Shown: piece by piece, positions 1-10,861 of the stretch | How the letters are laid out: each line of letters opens with the position of its first letter | Numbering within the stretch: the stretch's first letter is position 1 | From: an uncultured virus (IMG/VR IMGVR_UViG_3300025174_000013) | Taxonomy: Duplodnaviria > Heunggongvirae > Uroviricota > Caudoviricetes | Reading direction: 5' to 3' (one strand) | IMG/VR virus record: IMGVR_UViG_3300025174_000013 | Span: 1 to 64,000 of that record | DNA length: 64,000 nucleotides | The notes under the pieces: generated by a model | What the model was told of the DNA's origin: nothing | Seen by the model: the letters and a program-made list of their open reading frames with translations, nothing else | Database searches by the model: none | Program-made: the position numbers and the translations under genes

Positions 1-79
1 AGTTTTTAGATTTTATGCTTATATAGGAAGTCTACCTACTCATTAGTATGGCAATACAATGCTTTAAAGGTGCAATACA

Positions 80-232
80 ATGCAAATCCCATATCAGAAA
101 GAAATTTTAGATCATAAGGAGAAAACGGGACATACAGGTTTCTTGATATATGGTAAAGAAGATTCTCTAGAAGGACTTTATTGTAAAAAATGCGAGCACT
201 TTATTACTAAAATTAAGGTGATAAATAAATGA
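80..232 (+). CDS. Small hypothetical protein (50 aa, CxxC), below ORF-track cutoff
   Basis: Hand-translated MQIPYQKEILDH...LYCKKCEH...; stop overlaps the next start (ATGA at 229-232). Confidence 0.5.
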   Translation: MQIPYQKEILDHKEKTGHTGFLIYGKEDSLEGLYCKKCEHFITKIKVINK

Positions 233-561
233 CTCTTTTAGATAGAATATCAAGAAGTCAATCGTTACCAGCTAGTGAAAGAGTAACAGGACATAGAATG
301 GAAAATGCATTCAAATTATACTGTCACGGTATTGTTACAAGAACACAGATAATTAACTTCTTCTCTATATCAGCTAGTATGGAAACAGATTTTGACAAGT
401 TTAAAACAAAATATGACAGTTTTCCAGCTACAACTGCAGGAAATCTAAATAGGGAAAAATGGTTGATGGATCTAGAAGCTTGCATAATAGCAATACAACT
501 CGGAGACATTACAAAGGCTACCTTTAACACATTTCTTGGATTGACCTTAGATGAGGGTTAG
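229..561 (+). CDS. Hypothetical protein, probably fibre-associated
   Basis: 110 aa ORF ending 2 nt before the giant fibre gene. Confidence 0.6.
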   Translation: MTLLDRISRSQSLPASERVTGHRMENAFKLYCHGIVTRTQIINFFSISASMETDFDKFKTKYDSFPATTAGNLNREKWLMDLEACIIAIQLGDITKATFNTFLGLTLDEG

Positions 562-563
562 TC

Positions 564-3500
564 ATGGTTTTAAGTGTCGAAGTAGGACAATTTACTAAGG
601 ATGCTACTAATGTAGATAATGCTACACAGAACGTATCAACTGGATTTGATCCAAAGGCAGTTATAGTTTGGGGAACTTTACTTCAAACTTCCAACGGATT
701 AGGAGATGGCGATGTATCTTATAGCCATGGATTTAGTGATGGTACAAACAATGTATGTAATGCAGGAGATGGAGACGATGGTGTCGGAACTGAGGCTTCT
801 CAATCAACTTTAAGAAGTGATAGTTGTATTTTCTTTGGTACAGTGGCAGGAGGTACAACTGAATCAATGGCAACAATATCATTTGGAACTAATCAATTTA
901 CTGTAACTTGGGTAGTTAATGATTCTGTAGCAACAGTAATAAATTACATGGTTTTAGGAGGATCTAATATAACTGGTGTACAGGCGGGAACTGTTCTCAA
1001 ATCAACTGCGGGAGCACCCGTAACTCAAAACATTACAATAGATTCCGATGTACAAGATATAAGTGCAAATAGAGGAATAGTTTTCTTTTTGTGTACAGAT
1101 CATACCAGCGTAAATACTATGACGGGAGATTATGATCAAGGAATTGGTGTTGCCGTACCATCTTCAAATGAAGGATTTTATCACTTTTCAAATGATAATG
1201 GTGTTGGAATAAGTGAAACATTTCAAACATATTCAGAATCAAAGTGTATGGTAATTACAGACTCTGATAGTGGAACTTTACAAGCAGAAGCTGATTTTGT
1301 CAGTGTTACTACAACATTAAACGTTACATGGACAACAAATGATGCTCAAGCATCTCCTATTGGTTTCTTAATAATCAAAGGTGGTAAATGGGAAACTGGT
1401 AATGAAACTGCATTAACGGCGGGAACTACAAAAGACACTACAACTTCATTCACACCAACAGGATTGATTACTATAGCAGGAAGAAGAACAACAACAGGTA
1501 CGTCATCTGCAACAGGTTCTTTAGTAATAGGTGCAAGAGATGGTTCAAATGAGATAGCAGGAGGATTTTCAGAATTAGATGCCAATGAAACAATGTTTTA
1601 TGGTAGAACCTTATCTAATACTAAAGCAATCCAGATATTAGATCAGGGTGCAGGAGCCCCAACAGTAGACGGTGAAGCCGATGCATCTTTTGGAACTAAT
1701 AAATTTACCATGGATTGGACTAATTTAGCCTCAAGTGCATGGAAGTTCTTATGGGTTGTTATGGCAACTTCATCAACCGATAAAACATTCACTTGTGACG
1801 CAATAGTAGTAAATAGGTTTGATGAAACATTCACCTGTGATGCTATATTAGTAAATAGATTTGACGAGACATTTACTGTAGACGCATTTTTAAGGGCAAC
1901 ACAAACATTCAATTTCTTAGTAGATGCACTTCTTGAACTAGAAACAAACAAATCATTTTTAGTAGATGGATTATTAGAAATGACATTTGATGAAACCTTT
2001 ACTATTGATGCTAGATTAGCACAAAGAGAAGAATTTACAATAGATGCTAGACTATCAGCATTAGAGGAATTTACAATAGATGCGAGATTATCGGCACTAG
2101 AAGAATTTACTGTAGATGCCAGATTAATACAAAGAAAAGAATTTACCTGTGATTCTATATTAATACAAACACAAACTGAGACATTTACTTGCGATGCTTT
2201 ACTAAGGACTACACAAATATTTAACTTCTTAATAGATTCATTACTTAAACAAGAAGGTACTGAATCATTTTTAATAGATTCATTATTAGAATTAAGGCAA
2301 GATGAAACATTTACCGTTGATGCAAGATTAAGAAAAGTTCAAAGCAATACTTTCACCTGTGATGTAAGGTTAAAGATAGTTCAAACAAGTGAATTTGATA
2401 TAGATGCAAGATTAGCACAGATAAAGACTTTCAAGATAGACGGAATAGTAATAAAAGCAATTCAATTTGCGGTAGATACATTTACACAAGCAACATTTGA
2501 TAATAACTTTACTGTAGATTCTATCATAATAGTATTTCCATCTAAAGTATTTACATGTGATTCTATCTTAGTAGCAAGATTTGATGAAACATTTACTGTA
2601 GATTCTATATTAAGAGCAACACAAAATGAAATTTTCTTAGTTGATTCATTATTAAAGAAAACACAGGATAAAACATTTTTAGTAGACGCAGAATTAGAAA
2701 CAACTAACACAGAAACATTTACATTAGATGCGAGATTAAGGGCAGTTTTTACTGAAACGTTTACAGTAGACGCCTTATTAAGAAAAACACAAGATGAGAC
2801 ATTTAATGTAGATGGATTGTTAGAGAATACTTTTGATAATACATTTACAATAGATGGATTACTTGAAGAGACTTTTGACGAAACATTAGATATAGACGCA
2901 GTATTAGTAAGTAGGTTTGATGTTAATTTCACTATAGATGCAATTTTAAGAGCAACACAAAACTTTAACTTTACTATAGACGGAATACCATTTGTAGTTC
3001 CATCTGCTTTATTTTTAATAGATGCTTCAATAATTATAAGTGGGATAGAATCATTTACTATAGATGCTAGAGTAAAATTAACATCATCATTAGTATCAAC
3101 AGTGGATGCCATATTAAAAGCAACTTTCGCGGAAACATTATCGATAGACGCTGTGCTATATCTGCCGATTTATAATACATTTAGTATAGATGCTTTATTA
3201 GAAAAAGAGAAGGTAAAAACATTCACAGTAGATGCAGTATTAGAACAAGCAAAAACTAAGATATTTACATTAGATTCAATATTAACACCAGCCGGAGCAA
3301 CAGTGGCGGTGTTTTTAGTAGATGCAAGATTAAGATTAACACAAACAGAAACATTTACGGTTCAAGCCAGACTAAGATATGTGCAAACTAAAACATATAC
3401 TATAGACGCAGTATTAAAAATGACTGGAGATACCTTATGTAGTGTTTTAACTCCAATATTTTCAGATAACTTTGATTCATCAACAGGATGGACAACATTT

Positions 3501-6500
3501 GGACTGATTACAGTAGATTCAATAGCAAACCCCAATGTGTTAAGATATAACTGTGTTAATTCACCTAATCCGGGTTCTCAAGCTATAAAAACACTACCAA
3601 TTCCAACAGGCGAAGAATTTAGAATAGAGTTTACACATAATAACGTTGGAGGATGTACAGGATTTGAATCATATGCTGTATTTGGACTTACTGATACGAC
3701 AACAAGAATAGGTCATCAATTTGCAATAGTACCGAAAATAGAATATAGAATTAATGCAGGAGATGGACCTGATGGTGAAGGAATAAGAATACTTTATAGA
3801 TCAACAATATCAGATCCAGTACTTTCTACTGCAACTGCAATTCCAATGAATAATAACACAACATATTATGTAAGGATAGATAAGAATCTAGCAAGTATAA
3901 TAACATTAAGTATGTTTTCAGATTCAGCAAGAACCATCCATGTAACAGGAAGTCCAGTTCAATTAGATGTATCATCACAGATTAAAGTTCCATTTTTATA
4001 TGTGCAAGCTTCAAACGTAGGTCCTGCAGGTCCGGGTAGTGCAAGAAAATATACTGGAGAAATAGAGGATTTAGTAATATATGCAGATAGATGTCCAAAT
4101 TTCCTTATTGACTCTTATTTACAGGATACATTTGATGAAAACTTTACAGTTGATGCAAAATTAGTATATAGAACTAGACCTACTATAGATGCATTATTAA
4201 GCAAAAGAAAAACAAAAACTTTCACAATAGATACTTTTACAGATATTGCAATTCAGGGCAACTTTACAATAGACGCATATCTTGTAAGATTACATATATT
4301 TAGTTTAGATGCTCTTATCAAGGCATTAGGAGATAACAGATGTCCATTTGAGAATATATTTGAAGAACACTTTACAACTACATCTAATTGGAGTATTGAA
4401 GTTAATAATACTGTAGTAGATGGTTGGGGAACACAAAAAATATTCATAGATGGAGAATCACTACTTTCACAAGAACCGTTAAATGGAATTGCATATATCC
4501 AGATGCCACCGGGCGGATACACTGGAGCAATGCAACCAATTCTAAAGTCAAAATATAGAAGAAAGAAACTGGATTCATATGGAGGAATAGGAAAAGTAAG
4601 AGGAAACAATATTAGAGTAGACTTTGAACTTACATACCTATCTGGAACAAAAGGAAGATTTATAGTGCTTAATAAATCAAGCTTACATCCAGATAATGAT
4701 CCTAATACATCATCTTTACATATTAATTCGGCTGGATTAGGAATAATATCTGCTACATTGGATGATGGGTTCGTTAATGTAAATACACCAACATTAAACG
4801 TGGGAACAGGAACAAAAAGATACATTGTAATGGAATCATTAGGAAACACATTAACATTAAATGCATATACAGATATAACACATACAACCCATATAGCAGG
4901 ATCTCCAGTTAATGTGGATACTTCTTCAGTAAATAAGGAACAGTTAGACCTTAGTTGGTTAATAATTGGCGCAAACGACAAAAGTGCTCCTACAGCAGAA
5001 CCAGATACTATAGGGAAAGTTGATAATATTAAGATATTTTCATCTCCATGTCCAGTAGCTTATGTAGATGCTCATCTTTCTGGATTCAGTGGAGAAACAT
5101 TTTCTATAAGTGCTAGATTAGTAAGAGAATCTAAATTTAGTATAGATGCTAGATTACGAGGAATAAAACTATTTAATATAGACGCATATATAGTTAGAAA
5201 CGTATATTCTAATGTAGATGCTGTTTTATTAGCTAGTCCATTAAAGACATTTACAGTAGATCCACTGTTAAAAGGAGCAGTAAACAAGATATTTACAATA
5301 GATGGTATTCCATTTGTTCCACCAGCAGAATTAATAACAATAGATGCAATAGTTAATTTACAAAACGTAGATAAAACATTTAGTATTGACGCTGTTTTAA
5401 TAGAGGGAGTTTTCTTTACATTTACAATAGATGCATTTTTAATACAATTTACTATAAATAAACAATTTACTGTAGATTCGAGAATAAGAGAAACTAATAT
5501 ACAGACATTTTATATAGATGCATTAATAAAGATGTTAGGAGTCAACGGAATATGTAATTTCTATCCTAATACAAACTTTGCAATAGATACGGGATTAGAA
5601 CAATTTATGGGACCAATTACTCCAGATCATGAAGAAAGTGTTGATATGTTAATAGGACAAGAGGTGGTTCTTAATAACCAACAGGTAAGACGTGTTACAT
5701 TTTTGTTAAGAGCAAGTGGTTTTCCTAATGAAATAACTGACACATCATTAATTACAGGAAAAATATGGAGTAATGTAGTTGTAGGAAACCTTGCTGGCGA
5801 AATTGTTGAGGCAACATCAGAAAACACTATAAATGCACAAAATATATCTGGAGATTTACCATCTGGAGTATGGAAAGAAATTATATTTACTTATGATAAT
5901 CTGACAACACCATTCTTAACTGGTAATTATGTAATAGGATTACAGCATTTTGTAGGTGTAAATACAAATGCTCCGAAGGGAGTAGGTATAGCAATTCCAG
6001 TTATATCAGATAGTAACGTAATTTCTGGAAGTGCGGTAATGAGAAGAGAATCAAATTCTATAATTGATCCATTAACATGGATGTACTTGACAACAATATC
6101 TAAAGACATAGTAATTAGAGTAGAAGTAATAAATGGCGATGATATCATAGAAGGAATAGGAAACCACTGTCCAAAATGCGATGCTGTATTACAATCTGCA
6201 TTTACAGAAGTATTATCAACAGATGCTGTATTATATCTGCCAATTTACGAAACATTTGAAATTGATGCGGAATTAGTGAATATAAAAATCAAGAACTTCT
6301 TAATAGATGCTATAGTAATAGGGGGAATAAAAAGATTTGAAGTCGATGCTATATTAATACCTTCACTAGTAATATTTAGTATAGATGGTTTATTATTGGT
6401 TGAACCCGGAAAATTATTTAGTGTTGATTCTATATTAAAGGGTACAATTAATGAAACATTTTTCATAGACGCGGATCTAAAGACAGAGGACATAAACAAA

Positions 6501-7484
6501 ATATTTAACTGTAATGCATTGATAGCAGAAATAAAAACAAAGATATTTACTATAGACGGAACAACAAAATACTTTAATAAAGTTGCTCCATTCATAGTAG
6601 ATGCATTTATAATTAATGAACCAAGTAAATTCTTCTTTGTAGATGCAATAGTAAAGAAATTTGGAGCAGAAAATACGATAAATATTAATGCATATTTAAA
6701 AATAATTGTTCCATTTATATTTACAGTTGATGTATTGTTAAAGAAAGAGAATGAAGTTAATGGATTTTTGACTGATACTATATTAATAGTAAAAGACAAA
6801 GAAATAACATTTGATATAACAGCTTCATTGGCAGTAACACAGCCTCCAGTATTATTTATTGTAGATGCAATTACATACTTTAGAAATGTTAGATGGCGTA
6901 TCGATGGATTACTGAGATTGAGAAAAGTGAAAACATTTACTTGTGATGCTTTATTGGCTGATAGAATAGAACTAACTAGTATAGTTGACGCATTGGTTAA
7001 GAAGTTAGGTGTATTACAAACTGTAATAGTAGACGCTTTAGTAAAAAAGATAGGAACATCTACATTTATAATTGATACGTTTGCAGAACAACCAAATACA
7101 AAGGTATTTACGATAGATGCCAAATTGGTTTTCCCATTCAAGATGACAACTATTGATTCAAAGATAGTGAATAGATATGATGAAATATTCATAATTGATA
7201 GTTTCATAGATCCACCACATACAGTAAAACCATTGGTAGATGCATTAATAAAATGTCTAGCTTGTAGTGGAAATCTATTCTGCACTAATACATTTACTAT
7301 AGATGCATTGGTTGGAGTTGGACAAGCTAAAGTAACAGTTGACGCAAAGCTAAATAAGACTAACGCCTTTACTATAAGTGCATTCATAGGAGAGTTGATA
7401 GACGTGGGAATTGAAGCAGAATCAGTAATTAATGATGGAAGTATGATTGGTATTGAATCTACATTCGGGATAGGTGGTACTTAA
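564..7484 (+). CDS. Giant virion fibre/adhesin with a repeat shaft and inserted globular domains
   Basis: 2306 aa; T/S/G-rich N-terminal domain, dozens of 12-15 aa F-x-(I/V)-D-(A/S/G)-x-L repeats and three non-repeat inserts of about 200-235 aa. Confidence 0.7.
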   Translation: MVLSVEVGQFTKDATNVDNATQNVSTGFDPKAVIVWGTLLQTSNGLGDGDVSYSHGFSDGTNNVCNAGDGDDGVGTEASQSTLRSDSCIFFGTVAGGTTESMATISFGTNQFTVTWVVNDSVATVINYMVLGGSNITGVQAGTVLKSTAGAPVTQNITIDSDVQDISANRGIVFFLCTDHTSVNTMTGDYDQGIGVAVPSSNEGFYHFSNDNGVGISETFQTYSESKCMVITDSDSGTLQAEADFVSVTTTLNVTWTTNDAQASPIGFLIIKGGKWETGNETALTAGTTKDTTTSFTPTGLITIAGRRTTTGTSSATGSLVIGARDGSNEIAGGFSELDANETMFYGRTLSNTKAIQILDQGAGAPTVDGEADASFGTNKFTMDWTNLASSAWKFLWVVMATSSTDKTFTCDAIVVNRFDETFTCDAILVNRFDETFTVDAFLRATQTFNFLVDALLELETNKSFLVDGLLEMTFDETFTIDARLAQREEFTIDARLSALEEFTIDARLSALEEFTVDARLIQRKEFTCDSILIQTQTETFTCDALLRTTQIFNFLIDSLLKQEGTESFLIDSLLELRQDETFTVDARLRKVQSNTFTCDVRLKIVQTSEFDIDARLAQIKTFKIDGIVIKAIQFAVDTFTQATFDNNFTVDSIIIVFPSKVFTCDSILVARFDETFTVDSILRATQNEIFLVDSLLKKTQDKTFLVDAELETTNTETFTLDARLRAVFTETFTVDALLRKTQDETFNVDGLLENTFDNTFTIDGLLEETFDETLDIDAVLVSRFDVNFTIDAILRATQNFNFTIDGIPFVVPSALFLIDASIIISGIESFTIDARVKLTSSLVSTVDAILKATFAETLSIDAVLYLPIYNTFSIDALLEKEKVKTFTVDAVLEQAKTKIFTLDSILTPAGATVAVFLVDARLRLTQTETFTVQARLRYVQTKTYTIDAVLKMTGDTLCSVLTPIFSDNFDSSTGWTTFGLITVDSIANPNVLRYNCVNSPNPGSQAIKTLPIPTGEEFRIEFTHNNVGGCTGFESYAVFGLTDTTTRIGHQFAIVPKIEYRINAGDGPDGEGIRILYRSTISDPVLSTATAIPMNNNTTYYVRIDKNLASIITLSMFSDSARTIHVTGSPVQLDVSSQIKVPFLYVQASNVGPAGPGSARKYTGEIEDLVIYADRCPNFLIDSYLQDTFDENFTVDAKLVYRTRPTIDALLSKRKTKTFTIDTFTDIAIQGNFTIDAYLVRLHIFSLDALIKALGDNRCPFENIFEEHFTTTSNWSIEVNNTVVDGWGTQKIFIDGESLLSQEPLNGIAYIQMPPGGYTGAMQPILKSKYRRKKLDSYGGIGKVRGNNIRVDFELTYLSGTKGRFIVLNKSSLHPDNDPNTSSLHINSAGLGIISATLDDGFVNVNTPTLNVGTGTKRYIVMESLGNTLTLNAYTDITHTTHIAGSPVNVDTSSVNKEQLDLSWLIIGANDKSAPTAEPDTIGKVDNIKIFSSPCPVAYVDAHLSGFSGETFSISARLVRESKFSIDARLRGIKLFNIDAYIVRNVYSNVDAVLLASPLKTFTVDPLLKGAVNKIFTIDGIPFVPPAELITIDAIVNLQNVDKTFSIDAVLIEGVFFTFTIDAFLIQFTINKQFTVDSRIRETNIQTFYIDALIKMLGVNGICNFYPNTNFAIDTGLEQFMGPITPDHEESVDMLIGQEVVLNNQQVRRVTFLLRASGFPNEITDTSLITGKIWSNVVVGNLAGEIVEATSENTINAQNISGDLPSGVWKEIIFTYDNLTTPFLTGNYVIGLQHFVGVNTNAPKGVGIAIPVISDSNVISGSAVMRRESNSIIDPLTWMYLTTISKDIVIRVEVINGDDIIEGIGNHCPKCDAVLQSAFTEVLSTDAVLYLPIYETFEIDAELVNIKIKNFLIDAIVIGGIKRFEVDAILIPSLVIFSIDGLLLVEPGKLFSVDSILKGTINETFFIDADLKTEDINKIFNCNALIAEIKTKIFTIDGTTKYFNKVAPFIVDAFIINEPSKFFFVDAIVKKFGAENTININAYLKIIVPFIFTVDVLLKKENEVNGFLTDTILIVKDKEITFDITASLAVTQPPVLFIVDAITYFRNVRWRIDGLLRLRKVKTFTCDALLADRIELTSIVDALVKKLGVLQTVIVDALVKKIGTSTFIIDTFAEQPNTKVFTIDAKLVFPFKMTTIDSKIVNRYDEIFIIDSFIDPPHTVKPLVDALIKCLACSGNLFCTNTFTIDALVGVGQAKVTVDAKLNKTNAFTISAFIGELIDVGIEAESVINDGSMIGIESTFGIGGT
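1998..2147 (+). repeat. 36-bp coding tandem repeat (about 4 copies)
   Basis: FTIDARLAQREE / FTIDARLSALEE / FTIDARLSALEE / FTVDARLIQRKE with near-identical DNA. Confidence 0.85.
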
Positions 7485-10400
7485 TGACAGCGTGGGATAT
7501 TTCTACATCGGTATTTTTAAACTCAAAATCGGTAGTAACTGCTTCAACCCATGCTACAACTGGATTATATATTAGAAGCGATGGATTGAAAATGTATGTT
7601 GTAAATAATTCAAGAATCAATGGTAGTGGTATAGGTAGTGAATCAAATGAAATTTATGAATTCAATCTTTCTATTGCGTGGGATATAACAACTGCCTCAT
7701 TTGTTCAACTTTTTGATGTAGATGCAAACACATCTTCACCAGTTGGGGTATTTTTTAGACCTGATGGAACTAGAATGTTTATAGTAAAAGGCGATGTTGG
7801 TAGTACAAGAATACATCAATATAATTTATCAACACCATGGAATATATCAACCGCATCATTTGATATAACTACTATTGATTTAAGTTCAATATTATCAACT
7901 CCTACAGATTTATTCTTTAGATCTGATGGATTGAAAGCGTATATATCTGATGCGGGTAATGATAGTATACATGAATTTAATTTATCATCTGCATGGAATA
8001 TAACAAATCCTTCACTTTCATTTGTTCAAAGCAAAAATATAAATGCTCAAGATACATTTTCAACTGGAGTATTTTTTAAACCTGATGGATTAAAAATGTT
8101 TGTAACAGGAGCAACAAATGATCGTGTATATGAATATAATCTTTCTACAGCATGGAATGTATCAACAGCAGTATTTTTTCAAAGTATTTTAGTGAGTGCT
8201 CAAGATACGGCTCCATCAAGTGTATTTTTTAAGCCAGATGGATTAAAATTATTTATTACTGGACAAACAAACGGTCGTGTTTATTCATATGATTTAATAG
8301 CACCACCTTCACCACCAACAGATGCATGGAATTTTAGAGAACATAAAACATCTACTGGCGTATTTAATCCAGTTTATACTTTTCAACGGGAGAGTACAGC
8401 ACCTAATAGATTTCAAATGATTAGTGGGAGTGTTAATAATTCTTTAGGACATGGGTATTTATTCAAAACATTTCCAATAGAAAGTATAATAGGAAGTGAC
8501 ATAGAATTGATTTGGTCAGAGATATCTGGATATGTATCAAGCATTGGACTTGCAGTATATGATGGTATCTATGATCCAGCTTCACAAGTTGATTTTCCTG
8601 ATGCTATTGCAGTATCGGCAAATATAATACCAAAAGGAGGAGGATTATTAGGATCTACAAGTGCAAGTGTAAGTTTCGGACCTCATTTTGGACAGAGTTT
8701 AATTTTACCAGCTTCAAGTATTAATTATGCTAATTCTGTAACAGGTTTTGTCACTGTATTTTTCATTAATGCTGATTCACAACAACTTCCTTACAACAAT
8801 ATACTTTTTGATAGTATAGATATATCAACAGTAGCAGAATATAATTTCAGTAATTCACAAGTAACAAATGTTTTAACAGGTACAATAAGAGATTGGGGTT
8901 TTGTTAATGGTGGTTCTATAATATTACACGCAGTAACTATTTGTGATGATATTTCAACGAGCATCGGATGGGTAAAAGTAGGAGTCAATGTTAATACTAG
9001 AATATTTATTGATGATCCATTATATCCAGATTTGATAAAATTAAACCTAGATGGTGGAGGAGGAAGTTTTCCTAGATATGCATATAAAGATATAGGTAGT
9101 GTTATTTCGGGTGATGTTAGACTTGATTTTAAACTTGATTATGATGCTATGGGGCAAATTGGCTTTCCAGCCGTAATTTCAATAGGGCTTTGTGCGACAA
9201 CATCTCATCCACAACAACAAGGTACAAATGGCACTATTAGAGTTGATCTTATTAATGTAATTGGTGATTCAATAGCAATGAATGGCATAGTAAACGATGC
9301 AACAACAACTAAAACCACATCTTCTGGAGCAAAAAACCAACATTCTTTATGGATATATCCAAATAGTAATCTTCCAGCTTCAGATGCTTCATTAAAAGGA
9401 CCTTATTACGTAAGAGTTGAATTAAAAAATAATAAATTAAGATTGAGTACATATAAAGATTCTGCTAGAACTCAACATATAAGAGGAAGTCCTATCACTG
9501 TTGATGCTATTGGAGTAAATCCAACAAATCTTAGATATATAATGGTTGGAAATAATGTTGCAAGTGGAGGTGGAAGAATATTTCAAGGATCTATAGATGA
9601 TATTTGTGTATCTCAATATGTAGGTAATTTACCAACAATTCCACAGAAATTTGTTCCAGCTACGGGTTCGTTTATAGAAACATGGGATGGTTATGCAACT
9701 GGAGACCAAAATCCAATTCCATGGATAAGTCAAAATGAAGTAACTGGTGGAACTTTTACACCATTAATTGATATACATGAGGTTTCGCCAGAGTCTCCTG
9801 TAGAAGGAACAAAAGCATTCAAAATAGATCAATTATATACAAGAACTGGATCTGGAAGTAGAACTGGAAGAGTTTCTGTTTCAAGATTCTTGCCAGCAAT
9901 AATTAGAACAGATGGATCAGGCTTGGATATTCCATTATCACTAAATGCAAAAATGAGAGCAGATATTTTAAGTTTACAATCAAATCCAGTTGGAGTAATG
10001 GTAGGATATGAATTAATATTAGGAACACCAAATATACCAACATCAACAAGAGGAATATTGTTTAAATTATATGGAACTTCTGGAAGTCAAGCTTACATAT
10101 GGAATGGAACAGAATGGATAATCAACAATTCATCAGATGTACCTATTTCGTTATCAAATCCCACTGGTTCAGTAGCTGAAATAGAAGGTGTTAACTTAAA
10201 AGATGCATTTGATAGTAGTGCTATATTAAGTGAAACAAATGCATGGGATTTCGAATCACATGTAACAGGAATGTGGATAGGCTATGTTGGATTAAACAAT
10301 ACATCTTCAAGTACGCCAACAGAGGTATTAATTCATGGAGACACCATATCTATGCTTAATGCAGGGATAGAAATAGAAACATTTTCTGTTGGTGTGATAA

Positions 10401-10801
10401 CTAAAGGTAAAAAAGAGATAGAGTTTAAAATGAATGCAATATTAATAGGAAGGAAAGAATTTACTATAAATGCACATCTTTCACCACTTCCAGCACAGGT
10501 AAGTGTAAATGCTAGAATAGTAAGAAGAACAGCAGTAAACAACGTTACTCCAAGTGTTATATTGGTTCTCGCATCGGCAGTTACCACGGATGAACCATTC
10601 TTTATTAATGCTCATATTTTCCAACCTTCTTATAAACCATTTACAATAAATGCAAAAATAATAAAAAGAAACCAATCAACATATTTAATAAATGCAAAAT
10701 TGGCAAAAATTAGATCATTTAGAATAGATGCATTTGTTGGGGTAGTAGGCGAGCCACAATCAATTTTGGATGTAGAATCGGTGATAGGTCATGAAGTTTA
10801 A
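7484..10801 (+). CDS. Second fibre/adhesin: beta-propeller, lectin-like domains and a short repeat shaft
   Basis: About five repeats of FF(K/R)(P/S)DG(L/T)(K/R)xF...NLSxAW(D/N)I(S/T)TA, then globular domains and C-terminal F-x-I-N-A repeats. Confidence 0.7.
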   Translation: MTAWDISTSVFLNSKSVVTASTHATTGLYIRSDGLKMYVVNNSRINGSGIGSESNEIYEFNLSIAWDITTASFVQLFDVDANTSSPVGVFFRPDGTRMFIVKGDVGSTRIHQYNLSTPWNISTASFDITTIDLSSILSTPTDLFFRSDGLKAYISDAGNDSIHEFNLSSAWNITNPSLSFVQSKNINAQDTFSTGVFFKPDGLKMFVTGATNDRVYEYNLSTAWNVSTAVFFQSILVSAQDTAPSSVFFKPDGLKLFITGQTNGRVYSYDLIAPPSPPTDAWNFREHKTSTGVFNPVYTFQRESTAPNRFQMISGSVNNSLGHGYLFKTFPIESIIGSDIELIWSEISGYVSSIGLAVYDGIYDPASQVDFPDAIAVSANIIPKGGGLLGSTSASVSFGPHFGQSLILPASSINYANSVTGFVTVFFINADSQQLPYNNILFDSIDISTVAEYNFSNSQVTNVLTGTIRDWGFVNGGSIILHAVTICDDISTSIGWVKVGVNVNTRIFIDDPLYPDLIKLNLDGGGGSFPRYAYKDIGSVISGDVRLDFKLDYDAMGQIGFPAVISIGLCATTSHPQQQGTNGTIRVDLINVIGDSIAMNGIVNDATTTKTTSSGAKNQHSLWIYPNSNLPASDASLKGPYYVRVELKNNKLRLSTYKDSARTQHIRGSPITVDAIGVNPTNLRYIMVGNNVASGGGRIFQGSIDDICVSQYVGNLPTIPQKFVPATGSFIETWDGYATGDQNPIPWISQNEVTGGTFTPLIDIHEVSPESPVEGTKAFKIDQLYTRTGSGSRTGRVSVSRFLPAIIRTDGSGLDIPLSLNAKMRADILSLQSNPVGVMVGYELILGTPNIPTSTRGILFKLYGTSGSQAYIWNGTEWIINNSSDVPISLSNPTGSVAEIEGVNLKDAFDSSAILSETNAWDFESHVTGMWIGYVGLNNTSSSTPTEVLIHGDTISMLNAGIEIETFSVGVITKGKKEIEFKMNAILIGRKEFTINAHLSPLPAQVSVNARIVRRTAVNNVTPSVILVLASAVTTDEPFFINAHIFQPSYKPFTINAKIIKRNQSTYLINAKLAKIRSFRIDAFVGVVGEPQSILDVESVIGHEV

Positions 10802-10861
10802 AGGCATATTAGGCTATCAATTTATAAACAAGTTAGCAATAAGTATATATAGGGTGGGTCA

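Noticed and set aside
51..83. Direct repeat GCAATACAATGC (2 copies) as att site or terminus
   Set aside because: Short, local, and I saw no matching copy or integrase elsewhere
1346..7387. Long minus-strand ORFs (for example 2462-3112, 4253-4981, 6245-7387)
   Set aside because: Antisense shadows of the repetitive plus-strand fibre gene; no motifs or promoters
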